Assembly (NCBI GenBank): GCA_965242695.1
Contig: CBDESU010000001.1
Location: 1,312,001-1,376,000, forward strand
DNA: 64,000 nucleotides
DNA from: Cenarchaeum sp.
GTDB taxonomy: Archaea > Thermoproteota > Nitrososphaeria > Nitrososphaerales > Nitrosopumilaceae
Direction: 5' to 3'
In this document: positions 36,495 to 45,222 of the stretch, piece after piece
Layout: each line of letters begins with the position of its first letter
How positions within the stretch are numbered: the first letter of the stretch is position 1
Position numbers and translations under genes: made by a program
Notes under the pieces: generated by a model
The model's database searches: none
The model's input: only the letters and a program-made list of their open reading frames with translations
Told to the model about the DNA's origin: nothing

Positions 36495-37801
36495 TGGCGA
36501 GGGCCCCCGTAGAGTGAGAACGATCGGAATGGGAGGGGTTAAGAGCCCCGGGGGCGCCGGGGAGGCGAAAAAATGACGCACAAGCGGTGGACCGCCAAGG
36601 AGCGGGTGGACATAGTGGTCGAGTACCTCTCGACGAACATCGGCGTGGCCGGGATATGCCGCAAGTACGGCCTCTCGCCAACCACGTTCGACAACTGGCG
36701 CAAGAGGTTCATGGACGCGGGCAAGAGGGAGCTTGCCGGCATAGGAGGCAACGGCAGGAGCGATCCTGCAAAGGCGCTGGCCAAGGAGAACGAGTCGCTC
36801 AAGATCGTCGTCGGCGAGCTGACCTTGGTCAATGCCGAGTTAAAAAAAAGCTGGGAGTTGAGGAGAGGGCGAGCGCGGTCAAGAGGATAGCGGAGGGCAA
36901 GGTGAGCCTGACCCGGGCGCTAAAGTACTGCGGCGTCTCGCGCCAGGCGTACTACTACAAGAAGAGGCCCGTCAAGAGGGACATCGACATGGCCGTCGCA
37001 AAGGCCGTGACCCGCATATCCTCGGAGAGGCCCACCTACGGGACGAGGATGATCGCGCACACCGCATCGTACGAGATGCGGCGCCGGGTCAACCGCAAGA
37101 AGGTGGTGCGAATATGCGACATCTTGGAGATAAAAGGGCCAAAAATGACGAAAAAACAGGCGATTCGGGCTGCAAAGGCGCGGAAACCGCAGTTCTTCCC
37201 CACGGCGCCGTACCAGCTGCTCGAGACGGACATTACGTATATAGACTGCGGCGTCGACGGGTGGTGCTACTGCTTCAACGTGTTCGACGTGTTCACGCGC
37301 CGCTGGCTTGGATACGTGTTCTCGACGTCTGCCCAGGCGTCGTCGGCCGTCCAGTCGGTGACCGAGGTCGTGGCGGAGCTGCGGCCCGAGCGGGTCAAGG
37401 GGATCCGCGTGCGCTGCGACAACGGCTCGCAGTACAGGAGCGGCGAGTTCAGGGCGGCGATGAAGGTCCTCGGCCTCGTCGTCGAGTACATCTGGGTCAG
37501 CACCCCCCAGCAGAACGGCCACATCGAGTCGTTCCACAACACGCTCAAGCGCGACTACGTCCGCCCGCACGACTTTGAGAGCTTCCAGGAGGCCGAGAAG
37601 TACCTGGCCTACGCCTTCAAGGACTACAACGCCAACAGGGTCCACTCGTCGATCGGGTGGCTGCCGCCCGACGAGTTCTTCAGGCTCTGGGAAAGAGACA
37701 ATAAGGAGGGGGAGGGGCCGGCATGACGATGGCGGCGATCGGGCGCCAGACCCCCCCAAAAATGACCTCAAAATCGTTCTCAATCTGGGGGGGCCACATC
37801 A
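36495..37801 (+). mobile_element. IS3-family element
   Basis: TG..CA ends, imperfect TIRs sharing TGAGAACGAT, 4-bp TSD AGCA. Confidence 0.85.
36573..37726 (+). CDS. IS3 transposase OrfA/OrfB with -1 programmed frameshift
   Basis: OrfA HTH (ICRKYGLSPTTFDNW), A8G slippery run at 36842-36850, OrfB rve motifs DITY, DNGSQY, IESFH. Confidence 0.92.
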
Positions 37802-37945
37802 AGCACGGGTTCGACGTGGTCGTGTTTTCAAAGTCTGGAGCGGTGACGGAGCTTCGGCGGCGCACTGACAGGATGGGATCGATCCGCGCCCGCTTCAAGG
37901 CGTCCGACACGGGGTCGCTGCTCGGCCCGGACGGGGTGGCATAGC

Positions 37946-39226
37946 ATGGACGACATGGCCTACGAGGCCGCAAGGGCCGCGATATCAGAAAAGGACGACG
38001 CGTACTTTGCGGCGCACGGGCTGGTCGATCTCCTCTCCAACGCCGGATTGGAGGCAGGCCCCGGCGCGATCCTCGCACTGGCGCGGCGCCTGGCAGCGGA
38101 CGACACGTATGTGTTCCTCTCCCCCATCTCGGCCGGCCTGCGCGAGGCCGTCTCGGACGACGACGGATTTGCGCGCGTCGTCAGCGGCGTGGCCGCCACG
38201 GTGCGCCGCGACGTGTTCGTGCGGCCGCTGGTGGACGCGCTGGTTGGAATGGGAAAGGACAGCCCGTCGACGGCCGCCGCCGCGGCGGCGCGCCTGGCCG
38301 GGCTGGGCGACTCCGACTTTGCGGCGCTCATGATCGGCGGGGCCTACGAAGGGGCCGGCACCGAGTGCGATGCCATGATCGAACGGCTATTCTCGCCGGG
38401 AAGGCCCAGGGATGCGGCCGCCGCGGTGCGGGCCCTCAGGATAGCTAGGTCCGAGCACGGCTCGCCGGATGCGGGGCGCATCAGGGCCGCCGTCGGGCGC
38501 GCACTGGCCCACGACGATGCAGAGGTGCAGGAGGAGGCCATGGAGGCCCTCGTGGACGTCTACCGCGGGGGCGATGCCGCCGCTGAGGGCATGATCGAGT
38601 CGCTGGTCGCCGAGCGCCACCATTCTCGCCCCGCCCTGGCCGCCCACATCTTTGCAGACTCGCCGTTTGACGACGACAAGAGCCTGCGCTACCTGAGGGC
38701 CTGCATGGGGCACAAGAGCGGCCGATCCGTGATGCACAGCGCATACTGCGCCCTGGCAAAGATGGCCGGGAGGAGGCCCGGCGACGTCGCCAGGATGCTC
38801 GTGTGGATGTTCGGCAGCGGCTGGCACGACGGCGCGTGGGCGAGTCTGGTACTGGACGAGCTTGGGAAGAGGGGCGCTCCGGCCGCGGTCGCCGCCATCC
38901 TGGAGGTGCTGCAGCGGCCGCACGACGGCAGGCTCGACAAGTACCTAGAGCCGGCCGTGGAGCGCATCGCGCGGAACGCCGGCCGCGGCGAGGTGGCAGA
39001 GATGGTGCTGCGCGCGATCGACGATAGGCCGCCCGAACGGGACCCCTGCCTGCGCATCCTGTCCCTGCTCGCGCGGGAGGACTGGCGGAACGGGGGCAGT
39101 TCCGAGTTTCTCGAGGGGATAATGTCGCGCCTGTGCGCGCGCCCTGCGGTTCCGGAGGGAGAAGGTGCGGAAGCGGGCGGCGAGCGCATCCCCGAGCGCG
39201 CCGAGGCGCCGGCACTGCCCGCGTAG
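37946..39226 (+). CDS. Hypothetical all-helical (HEAT/ARM-like) protein
   Basis: 426-aa ORF with GC-typical coding pattern, amphipathic helices, starts 1 nt after the upstream stop; paralog at the window start. Confidence 0.7.
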   Translation: MDDMAYEAARAAISEKDDAYFAAHGLVDLLSNAGLEAGPGAILALARRLAADDTYVFLSPISAGLREAVSDDDGFARVVSGVAATVRRDVFVRPLVDALVGMGKDSPSTAAAAAARLAGLGDSDFAALMIGGAYEGAGTECDAMIERLFSPGRPRDAAAAVRALRIARSEHGSPDAGRIRAAVGRALAHDDAEVQEEAMEALVDVYRGGDAAAEGMIESLVAERHHSRPALAAHIFADSPFDDDKSLRYLRACMGHKSGRSVMHSAYCALAKMAGRRPGDVARMLVWMFGSGWHDGAWASLVLDELGKRGAPAAVAAILEVLQRPHDGRLDKYLEPAVERIARNAGRGEVAEMVLRAIDDRPPERDPCLRILSLLAREDWRNGGSSEFLEGIMSRLCARPAVPEGEGAEAGGERIPERAEAPALPA

Positions 39227-39262
39227 CGCGCCCCGCCGAAGCACTGGCACCCGCGCGCAGAG

Positions 39263-39862
39263 TCACGGCAGGGCGGGCGGAGCAGGCAGGGGATCCCCGC
39301 CCTGTACGGCCCACGCCTCCTCCGACGCCTCGCCGGCATCCGCCACGTGGCCGGCGGGGCGCGGCTCGTGCTTTACGCCGGCGAACCACACCTCCGATGC
39401 CTCGCCGGCCTTTGCCATGCGGCCGACAGGCGAGTCGAGGAGCGCCGCATACGCATCGCGGTCGGCGCGCATGTACGCCTCTTCTGCGGCCCGCAGCCCG
39501 GCGGCCTCGCCGCCGGATACGCCGCCGTCGGCCGCGGCGGCCCGCAGTTCAGCCGCATACTCCTCGGCGGCCAGTGCAGCTTGCCGGCTGGCGGCCATCA
39601 AGGCCCCGTACTCGCCGGGATCGCCGGGCCAGCCCGGCGGCATGCCGGAGTCGAATGCCAGAATGTCGGCACGGGCTGCCGCGGCGGCCTCTTCGTATGC
39701 CGCGGCCTCGTCCAGCGCCAGGCGCGCCTCGTCCGTCATGTGCCCCGTCGGATCCAGCGCCCCGCCCCACACGGCAAGGCCCGCTAGCGCGCCCATTGTG
39801 GCACCGAGGGCGCCGACGGCGGCCAGTCCAGCGTAGGGTTTTCTCACTGCGGCGGCCCACAC
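39263..39862 (-). CDS. Hypothetical protein with N-terminal hydrophobic helix
   Basis: LAAVGALGATMGALAGLAVWGG segment; acidic Ala-rich body. Confidence 0.5.
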   Translation of the reverse strand: MWAAAVRKPYAGLAAVGALGATMGALAGLAVWGGALDPTGHMTDEARLALDEAAAYEEAAAAARADILAFDSGMPPGWPGDPGEYGALMAASRQAALAAEEYAAELRAAAADGGVSGGEAAGLRAAEEAYMRADRDAYAALLDSPVGRMAKAGEASEVWFAGVKHEPRPAGHVADAGEASEEAWAVQGGDPLPAPPALP

Positions 39863-39936
39863 ACGGCCGGTATTAACGGCGCCGCATGCGGGGCCACGGG
39901 CCCAGCGGTTTTATAGGCGCCGCGCGGGCGGGCGGC

Positions 39937-40293
39937 GTGCAGTACTTTGCGGCCCTGCGGAGGGGGCAGAAGAGGATTGCCGCCTCGCGCGAGTACCTCG
40001 ACGGGGTGGCCGGCGGGGGCGGCGGCAGGGCGATGCCGGCGTTTGCCCTCAAGGACAGGGCGGGGGGATCCTGGGAGCCGGTCGGCGAGGAGGACATGTA
40101 CGCGTTCGTCGACGAGTCGTCGGGGTTTGTCCTGACGGACACGAGTGGGTACATACTGGCCATCGTCGACTCTGACGGGTTCTCAAAGGCGATAGTGCAG
40201 GGGGTGGCGGCCGGGCAGCGCGCGCGCATAGAGGCGGCGCTGCGGGCCGACGGCGTGCCCGAGTTTCGCGGCAAGGTCGTGCTGCCGTCGTAG
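39937..40293 (+). CDS. Conserved thaumarchaeal hypothetical protein
   Basis: MQYFAAL..WEPVGEE..GFVLTDTSGYILA; GTG start 21 bp after TTTTATA. Confidence 0.75.
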   Translation: MQYFAALRRGQKRIAASREYLDGVAGGGGGRAMPAFALKDRAGGSWEPVGEEDMYAFVDESSGFVLTDTSGYILAIVDSDGFSKAIVQGVAAGQRARIEAALRADGVPEFRGKVVLPS

Positions 40294-40420
40294 CCGGGGG
40301 AGGGCGGCGCACAGGCGGCCGGGGCGCCCAGCGGCGCGCCGCATCCGCGGATGTGCATCATATGGGGCGCCCAGGACGCGCCGGCGGGGATCGCGCTCGA
40401 TCGGCGCCGGATCGCTCATA

Positions 40421-41179
40421 TTGAGCACGGATTCCCTGCGCGGCATGCAGGCGGCGGGGCCGGGGCGGCGGGAGGAAGGCAGAGTCAGGGCGAGCGGCGG
40501 CAGGGCGGCCGGGGCGGCGCCAGCCGACGGCGTTGCAGAGTTCAGGGAGATGTTCGTCTCGCTAGTCGATCCGGCAGGCCTGCTCGACATGGAGGCGTGC
40601 CGCAGGACGGCCGCCAGTATGGAAGAGGCGGCGTCAAGGTCGGGGTATGAGGCCGGCGCCAGGATGGCGTCCATCCTGTCCGACATGTTTGCCGCCACGG
40701 ACGACATTGCGGGCAGGCCCGTCGAGGACGGGTCGCTGGGCCACACATGGGTGGCTCACGGATTCATCATGGGCGTGCTGTACGACACTGCAGAGGCGTA
40801 CAGGGACGGCAGGGATGTGGAGCCGATCGGCGAGCTGGAGAATGCAAGGGCCGCGGTTGAGATCCAGAGGTCCAAGGCCAACAGGTACCGCGACCAGCTG
40901 AGGGCCGCAGGCGGGCCGCCCGGCGCGAGCCTCCCCGGTATCGAAAGGATGCACGTGGGCATGCTATGCAGGGGCGTGGTGAGAGAGGGGCAGGAAAAGG
41001 CGCGAGCGCGACAGAGGGAGTGGGGGCACGATCCCGTGTTTCCGCCAAAGGCAAAGGCTCCCGACGAGTTGTGCAAAGAGTGCAGGGACGGCATATCTGC
41101 CACCGCGATACTGGAGATGATGAGGGGCAACATCCCCGACGGGTACGAGCTGGTGCGGGTTGGCAATGGCGGCGGGTAG
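40421..41179 (+). CDS. Uncharacterised PIN-partner family protein, copy A
   Basis: EFREMFVSLVDPAGLL..CxEC.DGIS..ILEMMRG.IPDGYELVRV shared with two paralogs. Confidence 0.75.
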   Translation: MSTDSLRGMQAAGPGRREEGRVRASGGRAAGAAPADGVAEFREMFVSLVDPAGLLDMEACRRTAASMEEAASRSGYEAGARMASILSDMFAATDDIAGRPVEDGSLGHTWVAHGFIMGVLYDTAEAYRDGRDVEPIGELENARAAVEIQRSKANRYRDQLRAAGGPPGASLPGIERMHVGMLCRGVVREGQEKARARQREWGHDPVFPPKAKAPDELCKECRDGISATAILEMMRGNIPDGYELVRVGNGGG

Positions 41180-41263
41180 CAAGGCGGATGCGACGCGCCG
41201 GCCCGAACCGCATCAGATCGGCATAAAGAAGGGGTCATAAGGGGCACAGATGCCCCCCGCGCC

Positions 41264-41992
41264 GTGCAGGTGGCAAGGCAGGAACAGGAGATGGGCAGAG
41301 TCGCGCAAGGGAGCGGTCGCATGGTGGCAGTGGCAACGACCGCTGCCGGCGGCGTCGCCGAGTTCAAAGAGATGTTCGTCTCGCTCGTAGATCCGGCCGG
41401 CCTGCTTGACATGGAGGCGTGTGGCATGACGGCCGGCAGGATGGAAGAGGCGGCGTCAAGGACGGGGTACGAGGCAGGCGCCAAGATGGCATCCATCCTG
41501 TCCGACATGTTTGCCACCACTGACGACATTGCGGGCAGGCCCGTAGAGGACGGGTCGCTGGGCCACACAGGGATAGCGCACGGGTTCTTGATGGGCGTGC
41601 TGCGCAGCACGGCGGAGGCGTACAGGGACGGCGGAAACGTAGAGCCTTTGGACGAGCTGGAGAATGCAAGGGCCATGATCGAGCTCCAAAGGTCCAGGGC
41701 CAACAGGTACCGCGAGCAGCTGAGGGCCGCCGGAGGGCCGCCCGGCGCGAGCCTGCCGTGGATCGAAAAGATGTATGTGGGCAAGCTATGCAGGGACGTG
41801 GAGAGGGAGGAGCAGGAAAAGATGCGCGCGCGGCGAAAAGAGCGCGGGGACGATCCCATATTCCCGCCAAAGGCAAAGACCCCGCGCGAGATTTGCGGGG
41901 AGTGCGCGGACGGGATATCCGGAACGGCGATACTGGAGATGATGAGGGGCGACATCCCCGACGGGTACGAGCTGGTGCGGGTTGAAAGATGA
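41264..41992 (+). CDS. Uncharacterised PIN-partner family protein, copy B
   Basis: Paralog of copy A; ATGA overlap with the PIN gene. Confidence 0.8.
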   Translation: MQVARQEQEMGRVAQGSGRMVAVATTAAGGVAEFKEMFVSLVDPAGLLDMEACGMTAGRMEEAASRTGYEAGAKMASILSDMFATTDDIAGRPVEDGSLGHTGIAHGFLMGVLRSTAEAYRDGGNVEPLDELENARAMIELQRSRANRYREQLRAAGGPPGASLPWIEKMYVGKLCRDVEREEQEKMRARRKERGDDPIFPPKAKTPREICGECADGISGTAILEMMRGDIPDGYELVRVER

Positions 41993-42657
41993 CAGGCAGT
42001 AAAGCCAAGGCTTCCGGCGACCTGACCGGAGTTGGCTGCCTTTTCGTCGAGCTGAAAATGAAGATGGGCGGCAGCGTTAATATCGTGTACGTGTACCTCG
42101 ACAGCAGCATGCTCGTGGCGCTGTTCGACCCCGACGACATGCACCATGTCGACGCGGTCAGAGTGTTCCATACGATGGTGAAGATGGGATACAAAATGAT
42201 CACCTCGCTGCTCGCAGTCATGGAGGCCGTCGCCGCTGTCCGCAAAAAGGCCGCAAGGTCGCACAGGTGCAAGTTGGAAAGCGCCGAGGAGCGGGCAGGC
42301 GTGGAAGCGCACATGCACAGCATGGCCGGCGGCATGGCCAAGTTTGTAGACGAGATGGTGGAGGAAAAAACCCTAAGGATCATGGATTTGAAGGGCAGGT
42401 CGCCCGACCTCGAGCTCCTGTACGGCAAGGTGCTCGAGCATGCCGGCAGCGTCGTGCCGGTTGCCAAGGGCGACAGGTTCAGGTACCGCGGGGTCGGATC
42501 GTGCGACTGGCTGCACTTTTGGCTCGCCCTGGTCTTGGGCGCGGCAATAATCTGCACGGCCGACAAGGCGTTCGCCGACATCCCCGGCAGGGACAAGGAG
42601 TTCGGCGGGATCGCGGTGCAGCTGACGTCCGAACCGCTCTCCACCCCGCTGGCCTGA
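41989..42657 (+). CDS. PIN-domain (VapC-like) protein
   Basis: VYLDSSMLVALFDPDDMHH, AVMEA, DWLH, ICTADKAF. Confidence 0.88.
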   Translation: MTGSKAKASGDLTGVGCLFVELKMKMGGSVNIVYVYLDSSMLVALFDPDDMHHVDAVRVFHTMVKMGYKMITSLLAVMEAVAAVRKKAARSHRCKLESAEERAGVEAHMHSMAGGMAKFVDEMVEEKTLRIMDLKGRSPDLELLYGKVLEHAGSVVPVAKGDRFRYRGVGSCDWLHFWLALVLGAAIICTADKAFADIPGRDKEFGGIAVQLTSEPLSTPLA

Positions 42658-42874
42658 GCGCGGCCGTTCCGGCCGGCTCCGCGCTGTCGGGACAGAATTG
42701 CCCCGCGCAGAGACGGGGCGCGCGCCGGCCGCGCCCACGGCAGGGGCCCTGCCGGAGGGCCGGCATGCCTCGCGAGAGCCAAGAGGCGACCAAGTCCGGC
42801 CCGCGCGCCCGCCAGCCCGCGGAGCAGGGCCCCAAACCCCAAGGGTTTTAGGCGCGCCGGCGCGCGGCGGCCGC

Positions 42875-44143
42875 ATGGCCCGCTTCGAGCAGGACGTCGA
42901 CCTGAGGGGGCACATCGTCGACTCTGGGATACTCGGCAGGGTGTTTGCACTGATAATGGACGCAGGCTGCGAGTTCGAGGTCGTCGACATGCGCATAGGC
43001 CGCCGCAAGTCCGACCAGAGCGCCGCGCGCCTGCGCATACAGGCCGGCTCGCAGGAAGAGCTAGACCGCATAGTCGGGCTGGCGTACAGGGAGGGGGCGA
43101 CGGCCGACGAGCCGGCCGAGGCGAGGCTGGTGCCGGCCCCGCGCGATGCCGTCATGCCCGCCGGGTTCTACTGCACGACGAACAACCGCACGCAGGTGAG
43201 GTTCGGCGGCCGCTGGATCGACGTCGACCGCATGATGATGGACAAGTGCATTGCGGTGCGCGGCGCGCGCGCGACGTGCCTGCCCGTGCGCGACGTCAAA
43301 AAGGGCGACCTTGTCGTCGTCGGCGACGGGGGCGTGCGCGTCGCGCCGCCCGAGAGGCCCCGCAGCGCCGGCAACATATTCGAGTTCATGGGCAGCGGCA
43401 GCTCTAGCGAGAGGCCGACGAGGCGCATGGCCCGGCGCGTCGCCGAGGACATGGACCGCACGAGGAGGGCCGGCGGCCGCATCGTAATGGTCGGCGGGCC
43501 GGCGATCGTGCACACCGGGGCCGCCGGCGCCGTCGCATCCCTCGTGCGCGGCGGCTTTGTGCACGGCCTGCTCGCCGGCAACGCCCTTGCCGTCCACGAC
43601 ATCGAGAATGCGACGCGCGGCACGTCGCTCGGCATGAGCGTCGAGGAGGGCATGCCCGTCCCCGACGGGCACCGCAACCACATGGACGCCATAAACGACG
43701 TGTTCAGGGCCGGCTCGATAAGGAGGATGGTCTCGTCCGGGCGCCTCGAGAGCGGCATCATGTACGAGTGCATCTCCAACAACGTGCCGTTCGTCCTGGC
43801 TGGGTCCATACGCGACGACGGGCCGCTGCCCGACGTCGTAACGGACGTCGTCGAGGCGCAGCGCAGGTACAAGAGGGTGCTCAGGGGCGCCGACATGGTG
43901 ATCATGGTCTCTACGATGCTCCACTCGATCGCCACGGGCAACATGATACCGGCCGACGTCAAGGTGATCGTCGTCGACATCAGCCAGCCGACGGTGACAA
44001 AGCTGATGGACAGGGGCACGTGGCAGGCGCTCGGCATAGTGACTGACGTCGGCGCGTTCCTGCCCATGGTCGCCGGCGAGGCGGCGAGGCTGGCAAGAAA
44101 GGGGGGCGGCCGGAAGAAGGAAAAGGGCGGCGGCCGGAAGTGA
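42875..44143 (+). CDS. TIGR00300-family protein (LOR/SDH-like, ornithine cyclodeaminase-type)
   Basis: GHIVDSG, FYCTTN, GNALAVHDIE, GSIRDDGPLP, MLHSIATGN. Confidence 0.9.
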   Translation: MARFEQDVDLRGHIVDSGILGRVFALIMDAGCEFEVVDMRIGRRKSDQSAARLRIQAGSQEELDRIVGLAYREGATADEPAEARLVPAPRDAVMPAGFYCTTNNRTQVRFGGRWIDVDRMMMDKCIAVRGARATCLPVRDVKKGDLVVVGDGGVRVAPPERPRSAGNIFEFMGSGSSSERPTRRMARRVAEDMDRTRRAGGRIVMVGGPAIVHTGAAGAVASLVRGGFVHGLLAGNALAVHDIENATRGTSLGMSVEEGMPVPDGHRNHMDAINDVFRAGSIRRMVSSGRLESGIMYECISNNVPFVLAGSIRDDGPLPDVVTDVVEAQRRYKRVLRGADMVIMVSTMLHSIATGNMIPADVKVIVVDISQPTVTKLMDRGTWQALGIVTDVGAFLPMVAGEAARLARKGGGRKKEKGGGRK

Positions 44144-45195
44144 GGGCCGCGTTCGTCGAGGAGCCTGGCAGGGTCGGGGTGAAAGAGGCAGGCGGCGCCG
44201 GCGAAGAGGGCGGCATGGCAGTCGACATGGCGGCCTGCGGCATATGCGGCTCGGACGTCGAAAAGGTGTTCGGATCGTACGGGCAGCCGTCGATGCGCCT
44301 CGGCCATGAGCCGGCCGGCATTGTGGCCGACCCGGGGGCGGCCGGCGCCGAGGCGGGCTTTTCCTCGGGCGATCGCGTGTTCACGCACCACCACGTGCCG
44401 TGCTACGAGTGCCACCTGTGCAGGCGCGGCGCCGAGACGATGTGCCCAAGGTACTACGAGACAAACCTCTCGCCGTGCGGCCTGGCCGAGCGGTATACGG
44501 TCCCCGAGTGGAGCGTCAGGCGCGGCGGCGTCCTTGCGCTGCCCGGCTCCATGTCCTTCGAGGAGGCGGCCCTCATCGAGCCGCTCGCATGCTGCGTGCG
44601 GGCGTGGACGAGGGCCGGCGTGTCGGCGGCCGGAGAGGGCGACACTGTAGCCGTGTGGGGGATGGGCGCGACCGGAATGATGCACGCGATGCTCGCCCGG
44701 CACAGGGGCCTTTCCGGGTCCGTTTGCATCGACACCAACGAGGCCAGGCTCGGGTTTGCCGGGCGCGAGCTCGGCAGGTTCTGCGCGGCCGCGTGCGGGC
44801 CGGCAGATGCGGCCGACGCCGTCCGCTCTGCTACCGGTGGGAGGGGCGCTGACGTGTGCATTGTGGCGGCAGGCAGCATGGCCGCCCTGGAGGGGGCGAT
44901 CGGGGCGGCGAGGAGGGGCGGGACGGTCGTAATGTTCGGCGTGCCGTCAAGGGGAGACGGGCTGCGGCTGGACATGGCCGGCATGTACTCGAGAGAGGTG
45001 GCGCTGAGGTCGACGTACGCGGCCTCGGACAGGGACACGGCGGACGCGCTCGGCCTCATATCGTCGGGGGCGGTTCCGGCTGGGCGCCTTGTGACGCACC
45101 GGTTCGGGCTCGACGATGCGCAAAGGGCGTTCGAGCTGGCAAGGTCGGGCGGGGACGGGGCCGTAAAGATTGTCGTGACGGGGCCCCGTGCGTGA
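44140..45195 (+). CDS. Zinc-dependent alcohol dehydrogenase (MDR family)
   Basis: CGSD, GHE, CxxCxxC..C structural Zn site, GxGxxG, EPLAC. Confidence 0.92.
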   Translation: MRAAFVEEPGRVGVKEAGGAGEEGGMAVDMAACGICGSDVEKVFGSYGQPSMRLGHEPAGIVADPGAAGAEAGFSSGDRVFTHHHVPCYECHLCRRGAETMCPRYYETNLSPCGLAERYTVPEWSVRRGGVLALPGSMSFEEAALIEPLACCVRAWTRAGVSAAGEGDTVAVWGMGATGMMHAMLARHRGLSGSVCIDTNEARLGFAGRELGRFCAAACGPADAADAVRSATGGRGADVCIVAAGSMAALEGAIGAARRGGTVVMFGVPSRGDGLRLDMAGMYSREVALRSTYAASDRDTADALGLISSGAVPAGRLVTHRFGLDDAQRAFELARSGGDGAVKIVVTGPRA

Positions 45196-45222
45196 GAATG
45201 GAGGGCGTAAGGGCGGGCGCGG

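Larger units (their letters stand above)
35968..37944 (+). pseudogene. Proteasome-beta-like (Ntn-hydrolase) protein split by IS3
   Basis: Starts MTFLAMG..CIVALSDR..K..IALSGD; removing IS3 and one AGCA copy gives a continuous 221-aa frame (..DGGKHGFDVVVFSK..). Confidence 0.65.
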
